DNA of 63,444 bases, filler included, from Octopus bimaculoides (taxonomy: Eukaryota), in NCBI RefSeq assembly GCF_001194135.2. It is 6 parts of 4 records of this genome, joined end to end, with 100 filler letters (N's around TTAATTAATTAA, not from the genome) between each part and the next. Parts side by side here need not be neighbours in the genome. Positions count along the whole stretch, not along the records: positions 36,490 to 60,702 come from NC_068993.1; 5 more parts are not named here. The stretch is one strand, 5' to 3'. Shown here in pieces: positions 37,421-51,651 of the stretch. Positions within the stretch are counted from its first letter, which is position 1, and the number at the start of each line of letters is the position of its first letter. The notes below the pieces were generated by a model. That model was not told where the DNA came from and did no database searches. It saw only the letters and a program-made list of their open reading frames with translations. Made by a program: the position numbers and the translations under genes.

Positions 37421-38757
37421 CAACGAAAAAAAGTGTAGACAATAAAATAAGATAATAACATAACATTGTTGAATTTGTTAGAAGTAAAATTAGTTAAGCT
37501 TCCCGTTTAACCTGTATATATTTAAAACTAAATAATATAATCGAACAATCATGTATTCAATTAACTTCTTAAACAAAAGAAAAACAACTTATGTCTTAAA
37601 TATGCAATTAAAATTATAAAATTCACTTTTGTTTGATAATATATTTGAAGAAATGATTATTTTAAATTCAAGTTTTAAACCAAAATGTGTAGATTTCTAA
37701 TAAGAAAGTAAATTGAAATATTTTCCATTAATTTTACTATTACTACAAGAATGAAATGAAAATAAATTACTTCTAAACTATTAATTATTTCTTTTCGTTT
37801 TGATATTAATAATTTCTCCAGTTCGTCGTTTTCGAAATGATTTTCCTTTTGCGTTGGTCTAGCAACCATTAGATCTTAGCAGACTATTAGTGGGTAGCAG
37901 ACCATTTGAGATTAGTAGGCCAATGGGTCTATTAGGGGTTTTGCGAAACCTTATGGCTTTATGCTACATTAGGAATCAGTGGATCATCAAGGGTTAGTGG
38001 ATCAATTTGATTATTATTATCATTTATTTATTTAATTATTGGTTTAACTTATGTACATACAAATAAAATTTGCTATGATGTAGGAGGAGGGACAGAATAA
38101 AATTATATAAATTTATATAAAATTATATAAAAAAAAAGGGTTATGCACGTTATTCAATGAACACATTGAGGCTAAATATTCGATATGTTTTTAAATTAGA
38201 ATATTATATAGAAATACGCAAATTAGAAAAAACAAATTTCTATTCTGCAAAACCTAATTTAAATAATCTACCCAAACATGAGTGAGAAACTATAGTTGGA
38301 CAAAAAACAGTTCAATGGATTTGTATACTTTCTATGATAGAAATCCAGTTTATTTCTTGTCGTTTGTAAGGATTCACTATGAGGGAATGACCGCCTCATT
38401 GTACGTCTTTGATTTGCTTTCTTTGCTTCGATTTTTTTTTGCGCACTTTCTTCCGATTAGCCGTCAATAACAGATTGTCTTCCAACTTCTGATGCTTCTC
38501 TGGAAACACCAGTTTTTGCATCGTTGCTATTGTTGCTACTGCTTTTCCAACTTCTCAGTATGGTCTAGTCATATCACTTTCCTTCTGCACTCATAATTAA
38601 GCACAAAATAGATATGTGATCATCGGTGTTCATCAGGACTAGTATGTCCGTGCAGAATTCACTTGATTACTTGTCGCTCAGTTCTATATTTAAGAGATGA
38701 GGAATTATGTACCTTATTTACATTTGAGTGATATTTGTCCTCATCTTGTTTGTTGTT

Positions 38758-38803
38758 AACACAACGTTTCGGCTGATGTACCCTCCAGCCTTCATCAGGT
38801 GTC
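38758..38803 (-). ncRNA. Minimal type I hammerhead motif (PLE pLTR), left arm of inverted repeat
   Basis: Reverse complement reads gacac-CTGATGA-a-GGCTG-gagggtacat-CAGCC-GAAAC-GTT-gtgtt: perfect 5-bp stem II, one extra A after the core, GUU triplet. Confidence 0.75.
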
Positions 38804-38856
38804 TTGGGGGAAATTTCGAACCTGGGTTCTCATTCTAAGTTCGAAATATCCCCCAA

Positions 38857-38902
38857 GACACCTGATGAAAGCTGGAGGGTATATCAGCCGAAACGTTGTG
38901 TT
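38857..38902 (+). ncRNA. Minimal type I hammerhead motif (PLE pLTR), right arm of inverted repeat
   Basis: gacac-CTGATGA-aa-gctg..cagc-c-GAAAC-GTT-gtgtt. Palindromic ACGT stem III, 5-bp stem I. The base of stem II carries an A.C mismatch in this copy. Confidence 0.7.
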
Positions 38903-40210
38903 AACAACAAACAAGATGAGGACAAATATCCGTGAAATGTAAATAATGTAAATAATGTACTTGTCGTTATTGATCAACTCGTAACTCACAACCAACAAGG
39001 GATTCGCCACCAAAGTACCTAAGAGACGTTTATAAGTATCACTGCCAATAATTCTGGCTGTGATTTTTATGTTGAGTAAAAATGTCGGCCCACATATTAC
39101 GTCACGAGACTTTCAGTGACTGTGTTAACCACCAACTCCTTCTGACGTCTCTGTTTGTCCACAGTTTTGTTAACCAAACATAAGCATTCCAATGCTACGC
39201 TACCAGTTATAAAACCACCCATAATATCCCATGCGTCAACCAGGGCTACTATGAACTGCTCTTTGAGGGACGTGTTAAAGACCTTAGCCTTATCTGATAA
39301 TCAGCTGCATGTCACTTTACATCTCGCATTTCCTTGGAATAAATTGCCGAGCCAAGAAGCAGAAAATTCATGACATATCTGTCCCACATCTCATTTTTAT
39401 TTTTTTCTTCTTCTCTCAGAGTCCGTCTGAACTAAGATGTTATTTGTTGTTTGTTTTTGTTTTGTTTTTTGGGTTTTTTTTTTTACAGAAAACTAAACCA
39501 GAAGATTACTGTCTTTGTTACATTGTTTATTGTTCATTTCCATTTTTTTTAACTGTTATTTTTTCTGCTGTGTAGTGCAAAAATGTGTATTTGTTTCAGT
39601 ATTATATTTTGCTTCCTTTTCTGTTAGTAACTCTTTGTAATTCACGATCGTGTTTAAAAGATTTTTTAAAGAAATGTTCAAAATTGCTGGAGGTGCGTAA
39701 GCTAAACGAAGAAAGTATGGTGCTAAGCATGTAAGCTTATGTTTCCAAAATAAAACAAAATTTCGAATGGAAAACCATATTTTTTCTATCCCAAGGTGAA
39801 AAGGGTGAATACTTAAATGTTCCAAAGTCTGAGAATCGAATAAAACAATATTTATCATTGAATACAAATACAGCTGTATATGAACACGCCTGCTCTTCTC
39901 AAAATACATCACTAACAATGACATCAACAATTTTATCGGCAACAACGATTACAATGACAAAAACAATAGCAATGATAATGATGAGGAGGTGGAGGTGGAG
40001 GAGGGGGGGTTCTTTAATTTGCCACAAAGAGCGTCAGATGAAGGGGCCATTACGGAGAAATTTTGTAGAAAGTGTGGGGGTCGTGCATACAATCGGATAA
40101 GAGAAAAAATACGTATGCAGTATAAATACAGTATATAATATAACATACAAACATACGCAAATATAAACACACATGCACGCATATTTATACATACATACAT
40201 ACATGCATAC

Positions 40211-40261
<51 letters not shown>

Positions 40262-41549
40262 GCACACAGATAGCAATACAAAAATGAACAAACGAACGAA
40301 CAAATGAATGAATAAATGAATGCGTAAGCGAGTGAGCGAGTTTAGAAATTCAGAGCTCAAGTGATAAAGAAATATAACATATTACAAGTTAAAAATAAAA
40401 TTTCATAAACAAAACTAAAGCTAAAATATTACCACGTGTCTTTACATATGGCCACTTCACAAATGAATAGCCTGTTTGTATGTAGTGAAAGAGAGAGATA
40501 GAAAGGGAGAGCAGCCGAGCAAGGGAGTGTAAGAGAGATTGAAATGAGAGTGTAAGAGAGAGAGTTTGAGAGTGAGAAATACCTTCAAGATAACATTGTT
40601 TAAGGACCCCGGTTACGATAATTGCCTGCTGACAGACAATCAATCCACGCACAGAATTTTTTTGAATATAAAGATTTTAAAATAACATAACCAAAAATAT
40701 GAGCAGGAAAAGTCGAACAATTGCTTTTTAGCTTGTAAATTGACGAGGCACATGAATTGCTCCAACTGCACAACATGCCAAAAATTTTTTTTTAAAAAGC
40801 AGCAAGAAAATTTGCATTGTCATGTGCAGTACACATCGTCTTTAACACGCAAAGTTTTACTTTAAAATTATATAAACGAACACATATGCAAAATGTGAAG
40901 TAAAATGTCTTGTGGTGTTGAGTTACGCTATTTTTTTGTTAAACGCTCTGATTTGAAATCTTGTTGGTATCAGCTTTTTTTCTTTCTTTTACATCTCTAA
41001 AGTCGATAAAGTGAGTATCTGTAATGCAACGAGGCGACATAATCGACTATTCAAACTGCATGGAATCATGTAGTCCTGTGGTAATGAAAGGAATCTTTAG
41101 TATTGTTCTCGTTGTTGATGATGAGGAGCAGGAGCAGGAAGAGAAGGAGAAAGGGAAGCAGGAGAAGGGAGAGGAGGATGATGACGATGACGACGAGGAG
41201 GAGGAGGAGGAGGGAGCAGGAGCAGGAGGGAGAGGAGGAGGGAGCAGGAGCAGGAGGGAGAGGAGAAGGACAACGATGATGACAATGACGAAGAGGAGGA
41301 TGTTACTGTTGATCTATCATGAAAAATTACGGTGCACTACATGTCCCAAGTTTTAAAATTCTGAATTCAAATTCCTTTAAACTCGACTTTGTTTCTCATC
41401 TTTTCCAGCTAGTTAAAACAAGTAACAGTTGAGCACTGGAGTGGATGTAATCAACTAGCCCTTTCAAGCAAGAAAGTTCCTTTAGAAAAGTGGAAGAAAG
41501 GACTTTCCGAAAATCCAGCTCAATGACATGAAGTATAAAAGTAGGATTA

Positions 41550-42100
41550 TCTTTATATACGTGTACAAGGACGTGGAGAGTACAAGCACCGTGGAAAATG
41601 GGATGCTGACACAGAGAAGGAAGTGAAAGTTCATCGCATGCATCAGCAGATATGAAAACGTTGGTGCGAGATTCCTTCGGGGATCACAAGTAGTGAAGCT
41701 TAGGTGTAGGATCAGTCACAGAAAACAAGCATCGGCTGGTAGAAGCTGCTCTACTGAATTAACAGGGACAATCATTTTTATATAAAGAGCTTCTACCAAG
41801 AAAATTGAAGGTGGGCATCGGCCTAGATGTTCTGATCCAGGCAAGAATACGAAATCGGATAATATGCCAACAAACCGATGCCAAAGCGCCCGTTCTGGTA
41901 GCGTGTTAAAGACCAGATGTCACACATGTGGTAACACCAACCATCTAAGGTCGTTCTGCCCTCAGTTGAAATTAAAGAAAGGAAAAATCGAAACTGTTGC
42001 CGACACCACAACCACAAAAAAATATCAGTAGCAGACTTCTCCAAAAATATTTCCGAAACATATCAGCTGAGGGGATTACCAACAATGGAATATAGGAATA
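41550..42100 (+). mobile_element. LINE ORF1 remnant with CCHC zinc knuckle
   Basis: CHTCGNTNHLRSFC (C-X2-C-X4-H-X4-C) at 41918-41959. Confidence 0.7.
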
Positions 42101-42325
42101 ACTTGCCCTAATATACGATTCACATACAAAAACACACACACACACACACACAAGCCTCTGCAATGAAGGGTGAAGAAACAACGCCATGGCAAACAACGCT
42201 CTTTAGAGCGAAGAGGAAGAAAGCAATCATTGCGGGCCATCCATTTAGGAAAGGCTGAAATATGTATGAGAACCAAGCAGCCTGTTAAATGATACCAACT
42301 ACTACTGTCAACATATCTATTACAA

Positions 42326-42530
42326 AAGCGGCGAGCTGGCAGAAACGTTAGCACGCCGGGGGAAACGCTTAGCATTATTTCGTCTGTCTTTATGTTCTGA
42401 GGTGAAATTCCGCCGAGGTCGACTTTGCCTTTCATCCTATCGATAAATTAAGCACCAGTTGCGTACTGGGGTCAATCTAATCGATTGGGCCCTCTCCCAA
42501 AATTTTGGGCCTTGTCCTTAGAGTAGAAAA
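42326..42530 (+). mobile_element. SINE family B copy
   Basis: Full head-to-tail match to 29362-29555. Confidence 0.88.
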
Positions 42531-42899
42531 TAATATCTAATAACCTAGCACCAGAAAAATAACAGCAAATTCAAACAGAAAAAGCGCAAGGATTGCAATA
42601 GCAACTACAGATTAAACGGTAAAAGCAAGAATCAGAACTACAACACCAGCAACATCAACAACGTCGACGGTAGTAGCAGCCAAAGAGCCAATAGACCCGC
42701 CTTCCTTAACATTACTCCAGGTAATTCGGACAGCGTAACATAAAACACAATATGAAAAGGCTAACAAAAGGTTGCAGAATGTGAAGACTTCATCCTAAAC
42801 TTATGGGCGCCATATCAGAAGTTTACAGGAATCTCAGTAAAAAATCTCACGTGATATACAATAGTGTGCAAAATAATTTTATGGAAATGGCTTTCAAGA

Positions 42900-45500
42900 A
42901 GAGCAAGTAAGAAACCACATTATCCAGTAATGGTTGTTCAAAGGTAAGTTATACTTCTCATTTTTCCGCCATAGAGATTTGCCATAATGTTTAGTTGTAT
43001 AAATATATATGACATGCAGTGGCTTGGAAGGAAGCTTATTTGCTTAACGACTTCGAGATCACTTCATATAGACATGATACCAAACAAATCTTTGATATAT
43101 GCGTGATTGCCATCAAATATTTCATATATATGTAATAGCCATAGAAGACCAGATATAGGTTTGATATTCATGAAACAATGTAGAACTGAGAAGACAATGT
43201 TTTAGACTAGTACCTCAAGTTACTAGTGACGTATAATTCTAAAAAATCTATAATTCAAATGGCAAATCAATTCGCATTTATGCAGAATGCATACTTATTT
43301 TGATAATACAAGGCCTTACTTAATGCTCGTAGATTTCACGAGTCTGGATTACACGTTAGACATATATGAATAATACGTCTTGTTATCTGGTTCATGAGTT
43401 GAGTCTGCACCTTTTGCTTTTCTCCTAGAGACTTAATGCTGTTGTTTCATTTTTAAATTACTGATTTCTGGTTATCTCCACTTCCAGATCTTTATATCTT
43501 AATAGTCTCTCCATTTTTTCGTTTTTTTTTTTTGTAGATACATAATTTAGCCATACAATGTGTTAGAACTAATACACCTATTAGGAGATACTTCCTTTAC
43601 TGGTTACCATTGACATCAATATGCATCCATGACTTTATCCTCTCTGTTTGAGAATTGGTAGTATGTTCGTCAATCCATGTCATGTTCACAATATTCTTTC
43701 TCTTTTTATAGTGTTCGATTATGACAATTGATATGTGATTGATCTGTGAACTTTGTGGCTTTTGGGAATTTTTTTTCTTTTTAGCATAATTATTTATCTC
43801 TCACTTTATTACAGCAGCTAAGTTTTCGTAAATTGTATCCTGGATTGATTACGTATTTATTATCATTTGGAACATGTGGAGGGAGAGGAGTTACTGATTT
43901 TAGTCACTAAGATCAAGGTAGATTTCCCTCTTTGAACCATTCTGCTGTTGCGCCTGAATTGTTCTAAAGGCCATTAAATATTTTACCACAATTTTATATA
44001 TTCCTGTTAAAAACGTCAACTAGAAGTTTGCAGCGCATTCTAGTTGCTCATATTTTTATTTTGTAACGTTTGAACTAGTTTGGAAATGATACGGCTTTCT
44101 GCTATCGTGTGGGGGCTGCACTTGTTATTTTCAACATTCTCATTTGTAGCGATATTTTTGGTAACTACACTCAACATTCTTTTTACATCACTTGTTTTTC
44201 CTGTTATATTGATTTCTATTTTATTTTTTTACCAAATTCTTTTTAAAATTATTTGGGGTTGGAGTCGAGGTTTTCGTTATGTTCAAAGGATCTTTGTTGC
44301 TTTTCATACCGACGAATTCTTTACGATTTAACGAGGATCTCTTGTTTCAGGGCTGCTTTGATTTCGGGTAAAACTATTTTGTTATATTTCTGTAGCATTA
44401 GGCATTCACTCTTTCTTTTTTTGTTCTTTTTTTTATTCATTTCACTAAGGATTTAAAGATTTTTTCCTTTATTTTTTATCTTTATCTCTATGCTTGTTTT
44501 CCACGTTGGTTGTTTTCTCCGGGTTTTGCAATACTTGCATGAGTAAATTAAGGGAGCACCCACTTTCTTTTGTTATTATTATGGCTCATGCATATATTAG
44601 GTGGTTTATGTTGATGATAGTGATGTTTTCATCCGTTTTTATTAAGGTTAGAAATCTCATGTATATTACTTTCATGTTTGAGGAAGAGGTCTCACATTAG
44701 TCTATAGGAAGGTCTCTTATCGATTTTAATTACTTAACTATTAATTTTTTAAATATTTTAATCTTTAGGTCATTGTCCCCCTCAGAATTTTCACTTTTAG
44801 AATTTTCTATTCTTAATTCATATTCTTCTTTTCATTTCTGTTGCTTTTGGTTCCGCTTTTATTGGCACGTGTTCTGCTAAGAATTGATTGTTATCTTTAC
44901 TCATTTAGTTAATTTTCTCTAGCAATAACGTATCTATTCATTCTCAATATCTCCTGGCAGATTCGAACGTGAATATCTGATAGTTATTGGGTAGCTTCGT
45001 CAGAAGCTACGAATTACCATTACGAATTACCATTACGTCTCGAAGTCTGCTTAAAGCAGTAAACTGGTGAATTGGATGTGTCGGAGGCACATATTCTCTG
45101 TAGGGAGGAGGCATTCTGCGGCGGCAAAAATCCACTGCGATCAAATGTTCACGTTCGAATCTACAAGAGTAAGAATGAATAGATACATTAATGTTTGGAT
45201 TCTCGGTGCTCTGCAAGTCCAATTTGAACTGTTGTTTTTTTAGTTTTCTTTACTTTTTTAGTTTTCCTTGTTTTCGTTTTGTGGGAGTTCATTTTTCTTA
45301 AAATAAATCTATATCTGCTTATATTATCATTATTATAATTTGATATCACCTTATTTGTTTTTAATGATACCGAATGCTTCAAGTTCAATTTTCATAATAA
45401 TTTAGCATCAAATTGAAACAGATTTTTTCCTCTTCCTCCTTTGCATTCCGAAATTTTGAGAAAGTATTTCCCTGAGACAGAGAAAGGCTGGCCTTGACAT
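42900..45500 (-). mobile_element. Highly decayed RLE-type (R4-like) LINE ORF
   Basis: Scattered motif remnants (SLWRKNEKYNLP..HYW near 42950; NMTWID near 43680) with many stops. Confidence 0.5.
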
Positions 45501-47326
45501 TGCTTTATTTAACTGTTTATATTTCTGTTATCAATCATTTGGAATATTTTATTGAGTTGCTAGATGGCTCTGTTAGAAATAGGAGGAAGAGGTGATCGCC
45601 ACGGTAATGGCAGCATTAGCAAACAGACACGCCCCCACCAATAATATTTGAAAACACAGAAACAGACTCTCAAAAAAGCAAACAATATGAAAAGTAAACA
45701 GACGAAGCTGCGAGCATAAATACTTATATTTACATATTGGTAAACATAAAAAAATTGAGTAGTGTTGAAAACATTACTTAATGGAAAAAAGTATAAAGAC
45801 AGTAAAACAATAACGACATCATCTCCAGCATCGACATTTCATTTTGTCGAACCATTATTATTATTGCTGTTGATGCTAGGGCGGTAGGTTGGCACAATCG
45901 TTAAAGGGTGGAATACTATGTTTTCTTATATTTCTTCCAGCTCTTAACGTTTTTAATTCAAATCTTGTGGCGCTCAGCTTTGCATTTCATCACTTTGCTG
46001 TACATAAATTAATGTAGCTGTCAAGTATTTAGGCCAATTGTAATCAAAGAATCCACTCCTCCTAATTTTCTCCCTTGTTGTTAGGTAAGGAACAATTGCT
46101 GAAGTTGTTTACAGTGAACACAGACGTATTTGACAGAATTCTCCTAAAAGATGGATTATATCGTGATTAGTTATTGAAATAGTTTTCTTTTATTCCTATT
46201 TCTCATTCTGGAATACTGAAAAAATATTTCAGACTAATTGAGAATCCCCTTCACTTCGGTAAAATGGAGGGAAAATCTAGAAGTAATAAGGTAGACTTCG
46301 GTATGAGCCAGCTTTAGGAAAGGGATTAATTGTGGGAAAGGTACGTTGCAAAATGAAGTACTTCTTTGCCAGATCAATTTATTCAAGAAAAAATTGTAAG
46401 AAAAATACGTATTTATATCTTGTGAATAACAAGGGGAGTCTCTTTCTGCCCTCGATGTTAGAGTTGGAGTGAGGTTCACCAACTTATGACCAACTGGAGC
46501 ACTGCATACAGATACTGAGGGGGTTACCAAATGCCTGCCTCCAAGCTTGAGTTGCACAACATGGGACAAATTAACACGACTAAAAACGCTGTTACTAACA
46601 TCAATCTTTGCCTTGTCATCACCTTTTCAACAGTTTACATGCAGCTAGGATTGCAGAGGAGTTGAGTGGAGTTTGCCTTAATCTCTAGGTCACGATCATC
46701 CTGAAAGATGCAAACCTATATTAGAGTAAATCAAACTCCTGGGGCATGATAAAAGCCGACTTACTACTCGAGAGGGGTTGAGTAAGACTGCGAAAGAGGC
46801 GAGGGCAACAGAGCCGGCTACTGATGAGAAGACTGTGGCTATTGTTATTTTTAATCTCACTACATCACTTAGATATTATATATTGATATATATAACAAAA
46901 ATGCGGAGTTCACCATACACAGCCGACGATCGTTTCTGTTGAATCAACATATTTAGATACAGAAAATATCATTCAAATTAATATATCTGGAAATGCAAAT
47001 TAATACAACGATTTCAAGGTGATATAAAATTGATTAACTTTAAATTGAACTAAGATGTCCGCCTGGATTTTTTTATCCCTTTTTATTCTTATTAAATATA
47101 TGCCCCTGCATGGACACAGCCTTAGTTCTGGAATGTGTAAAAGAATAAAAGACGCTAGCCACTACACATTCTTTATTTTCTCCCCTTGTTTCTTTCTGTG
47201 TTCCTTTCTGTGGAAGAGCGTAGGCTCGAAATGTTAAAGACTTTTTCACTTCCCGAACTAATACATCTATTTTTTTGTCTACACCACTGACTTCATCTTT
47301 TTTTGTGTGTGTGTGATTTCTCCCCC

Positions 47327-47395
<69 letters not shown>

Positions 47396-47410
47396 GGATA
47401 GATAGATAGA
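47327..47410. repeat. (GATA)n microsatellite
   Basis: Directly visible. Confidence 0.98.
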
Positions 47411-47529
47411 GGATTAATTTATTCAATATAATCATTATATTCATTATATGTCAATTTCTATTGGTAGGATAAGATTTGAAGGAGATCTGGCTGCTAACTA
47501 TAGCAGGTCGTGTGACAATATAGGAACGC

Positions 47530-49170
47530 CTTCCCGGGCCGTCTTCACACACTGTAGTGCATGTTGATATACTCGGTCAAAACTGGATATTGATAAAGTG
47601 CATTGTGAATTGTTCTTTTGTGACCTCCACACGATCTTTTATCTTTTACAAACTCTGTGTAGATTTAGAAGACTAGTTCTAATTTTGTACTGCTATCAAA
47701 AGTTCTTCAGTCTTTTAAACCTGTACCTCGGGGCAGTTGTGATTGTTTATGTTAGATATCAGCTCTTTCTATTCTGAATGAGCTGTACTGTACAAACGTG
47801 TTTACCCACCGTCTATTTACCATCATTTTTTTCAAGTGCTTTCTTTATCTTATATTTCACTAATCTTGTTTTCTTCTAAGAAGTTGTTGTTTTCTTTACT
47901 CCTCCCCCACTTCAGCTTCTTTGTTATTTTTTGTGAGCCTCTTTGAAGATAAAGAATAATTCTTTATATTTTTTGCATATCTCAACTGTTTGTATTAACT
48001 TACTCTTCTGCTACTTTCTGTTATGTTTGTATGTAAATCAGCAGTAACAATTTAAAAATGATATTCTAATTGTACGAGCCCACCCCATTCCACTCTGCCG
48101 CCTACAGATAGTAAATATTAATCTCTTATACACATTTTCTATGGAAATGATTGTTGCATAAAGGTTACATAAAGAATTCGGTTCTGTCTGTTTATGTCGA
48201 TTAGCTATTCATATCGTATCTTCCCAAACATTGATTTGCTGTACAATGATAGCATTTTCATTAATTCACAAGTTACTATAGACCGATAATTGATCAACAA
48301 TTCTGACAGTTTCATTTTTTTCCCTTTAGAGTTTACTAGAGTTCTTTTTTAAAGATCTTAGTGGACCAATGTGATGCTGTCGATGATTCTCTAATTACGA
48401 CACTGAAAATATTTGCAAGTATTTCAAATGTGTTTGTTAAATGTTCGGTAATTTATCAAAACAAGGTTCTTTTTGATGGTTTTTCACTGAAGAGTTGAAT
48501 GACTTTGTTCTGTTGTTACTTCTGTGCACCTTTGATTCTAGAATTTCTCTGCGACCATGTTTGGTTTTTCATCAATCATCTTTTCCTTTTATCCCCCATC
48601 TTCTATCTTTTACTACGTTTCTTAGAATGCTGTTTTAGTTCTATTCTTTTTTTTAATTCTTATGAAATATTTCTTTAGGTCTGACGTTTTGATGTTCTGA
48701 CCCTATCTGTTTTCGGACTTGGATTTCTTGTTGATGATTCCATCACATTTATTTTGGTATTATACTCCATGCTGTTTTTCTCTCTCTAAATAACTGATGT
48801 TGTTTTCTTGATCATATCTCTGTCTGGTCCTGCCTGGTTTCACAAATAATTTTGTATTTTTCTATTCATTTCTTTTACATGGTATTTTGTCCTTATACTT
48901 CAGAATTTTAAGCTTTTTAGATTCATTTAATTTGCTTCTTAATTTGTATCATTATCTCTGGAAACACTTAGGGCATTTGAATAAATAAATTATCTTGATC
49001 TTATTCAGGTGTTCATTTATAAGAAACTTTTAGATTATTTCACACTGATACGGTTTTTCACTTATTCTAAGTACACTCGAAATGTTATAAGAGAATTTCT
49101 CTCTTTTCAAAGGAAGGTCATTTATTACTTTTTATCGCTGTTGACGTATAACGTCGCTGGGTACAGATTT
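47530..49170 (-). mobile_element. Decayed LINE (probably RTE; APE to RT region)
   Basis: Purine-rich minus strand with faint endonuclease/RT-like remnants. No long ORF. Confidence 0.4.
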
Positions 49171-49619
49171 CCTATACACCTCTTTTAGAGAGTGCGTGCG
49201 ATATGTAAGATTCCGTAACTCGGGGCAGAACGAATACCAAAAGGGATTTCACTTGCTTTGTTGACATTCATACACATACAATTACATACACATACATACA
49301 TGCATACATAAATACAAACATATATACATAAATACATATATATATATATCTATATCTNNNNNNNNNNNNNNNNNNNNNNNNNNNNNNNNNNNNNNNNNNN
49401 NNNNNNNNNNNNNNNNNNNNNNNNNNNNNNNNNNNNNNNNNNNNNNNNNNNNNNNNNNNNNNNNNNNNNNNNNNNATATATATGTACATATGTGTGTGTT
49501 TGTGTGTGTGTATACGGTACCTGTGACATATATACGCATATAGGCGTATATATGTCACAGATACCGAAAGGTAATGTGACAGTTCACGTAATGAGTTCAA
49601 ATCAGCTTAAAACATGTCC

Positions 49620-50215
49620 TAAATATATCTATTCGTTCAAAATATAATTGCCATTGTTAGCAATAATATTTTCCCACCTTAAAACCAGTTATCTGATTCT
49701 TCGGGCAAAAAAAAAGTCAGATTCTTCAAGAGATAAAAATATTTGGAATGTCGTTTCGACATCGTGCCTGCGTCTAAAAAATGTTCTTGAAGTTTGGAAA
49801 GTAGGGTAGGCAATGTGAAGTTTCCTGGCCTAACAAAGTTATCTCTTCCTGAGTTATCTTTGTTGAATGCGGCCTTACATTATCATATTGCAGGATGACT
49901 CCCTTTCTGTTGACTAGAGCTGATAGCAAAACTTGATTTACACCTTCTAGTTGTTCTGAATAAAATTCTGCGGTGATGCTTCTCCATTATTTAGATAATT
50001 CAAAGTGAACAATCCCTATAGTATTCCACCAAACGCACGGATTTTCATTTTGCAATATCCACTCTTCTTACGTGAATTGTTGAAATAGACTATCCATTTC
50101 TCATCCTGTTACAATTCGATTAGGGAAAGGTGTTTGTTCATTGCTGATCAGCAAATTGTTACAAATTGTTGAATGCATTCTCGAGAGGCAGCTCATGAGG
50201 TACCCACTTTCTTTC
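49620..50215 (-). mobile_element. Mariner transposase internal fragment
   Basis: Minus-strand GKWVPHEL motif near 50210, followed by degenerate GDEKW- and VWWN..GIVHFE-like segments. No TIRs recognised. Confidence 0.75.
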
Positions 50216-50419
50216 TCTACACACATTACCAATCTGCTTGAGATGATTTGCACAGTAAACCAAGGTTTAATAAGTTACCAGGATAAGTCCCCGATACTTT
50301 GATGCAGATCCTCTTGAGCAATGACGTCAGACTATTTACTTGAAAGTACGACATTATAATTCGGTACCACTTATATATATGTAAATATACGCACACACAC
50401 ACATTCACACAAACACACA

Positions 50420-50488
<69 letters not shown>

Positions 50489-51079
50489 CATACACACACA
50501 CATATGTATGTATGCATGTATGTCATTGTTCAGTTTTATTCCAAGATGTCTTACCAATAGAGAAAGGGCCGGTTTCTAATTTAGATCCAAGGCTCCTTTA
50601 TTGGAATTTCAACATCAACAACAGGGTGTATGTATGTATGTATATATATTTGTATGCATGTATGTATGCATATGTGCAGATTACTATGTTTTGCTTAATG
50701 CGTGCATTCTCATGCATATAGTTGCATATGTAGATATGCTCATATATATTTAAATTATAAACTTCTGGAAAGTTTTACAGATTTTTACAGTTCCAGTGAG
50801 GTAATCATCGAATTAGCTTTCTCCTTTCTAGTTTTGAGAAGCCTAATTCCTCAAGATAGGTATTTAGGCAATATGTTACATATCCCAGGTCTCCAATAAT
50901 TACAGGTATAAATCTGAATTTATGTTTGTATTTATATATGTGTGCATGTATGTAAGCAGGAGTGGCTTGCAAAGAATAAGTTCTGGGGCCGATTCGCTCG
51001 GCTAAAGGCGGTGTTCCACCATGGCCACAGTCAAATGATTGAAACAAGTAAAAGAGTAAAAAGAGTAAAGAGTATATAT

Positions 51080-51520
51080 ATGTGGCTCTGTGGGAAGGAG
51101 ATTGTTTCCTAACCATATGGTTCCGGGTTCAGTGACACTGCGTGGCACCTTGAGCACTTTTTCTATTACAACCAAGATCCGATGAAAGCATTGTGAGTGG
51201 ATTTGAAAGACGGAAACTGAAAGAAGCCCGTTGTGTGTGCATGTGTGTGTATGTTTGAGTGTGTGTGTGTGTATATGTGTGTGTTCGTGCACGTGCATGC
51301 CTGTGTGTGTCTTTCTGTCTGTGCTTGTCCGCCACCATCCCTTGATAACCGGTATTGGTTGTTTACGTCCCCATAACATAGCAGTTCGACAGAAAGTGAC
51401 CGTTAGGATAAGCGGAAGGCTAAACAAAAATTGAAGTATTGGGGTTGATTCATTCGATTAAAACTTATTCACGGCAGTGCCCCAGCATGGCCGCAGTCTA
51501 ACGACTGAAACGTGTAACGA
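51080..51520 (+). mobile_element. SINE family A copy, preceded by an internally deleted copy (50956-51070)
   Basis: Same head, CORE-like block, microsatellite and AAAAGAGT-type tail. Confidence 0.85.
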
Positions 51521-51651
51521 GTAGAAGATAGAGGGAGAGTGAGAAAGAGAGAGAGAGAGAGCAAGTTTTTGTGTATCAACCAAATTCCACTGACCGAGTA
51601 ACGGCCAATCTGAGTCCTTTGTAAATGACACTTGTCCAAGATATCACATAG

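Larger units (their letters stand above)
38730..38930. mobile_element. Inverted Penelope-like terminal repeat pair (92-bp arms, 17-nt spacer)
   Basis: 38730-38821 is the reverse complement of 38839-38930 with 3 mismatches. Each arm carries a hammerhead. A tail-like (TGTAAATAA)2 follows. Confidence 0.75.

Noticed and set aside
40570-40620. Possible minus-strand micro-exon QAIIVTGVLKQCYLE with AG/GT ends
   Set aside because: No recognisable homology, no partner exons, and it does not fit the missing SPAG1 TPR sequence.
41024-41356. Acidic E/D/G-rich ORF
   Set aside because: GAG/GAC trinucleotide slippage tract; no domain and no supporting exons.
45500-45620. Possible HDV-like ribozyme at the 5' end of the decayed RLE LINE
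   Set aside because: I could not build the nested double pseudoknot by eye.
46815-46860. CTGATGA cores at ~46822, ~14680 and (minus strand) ~2315, ~38625
   Set aside because: No stem II-GAAA-NUH-stem I arrangement follows them, so these are chance heptamers.
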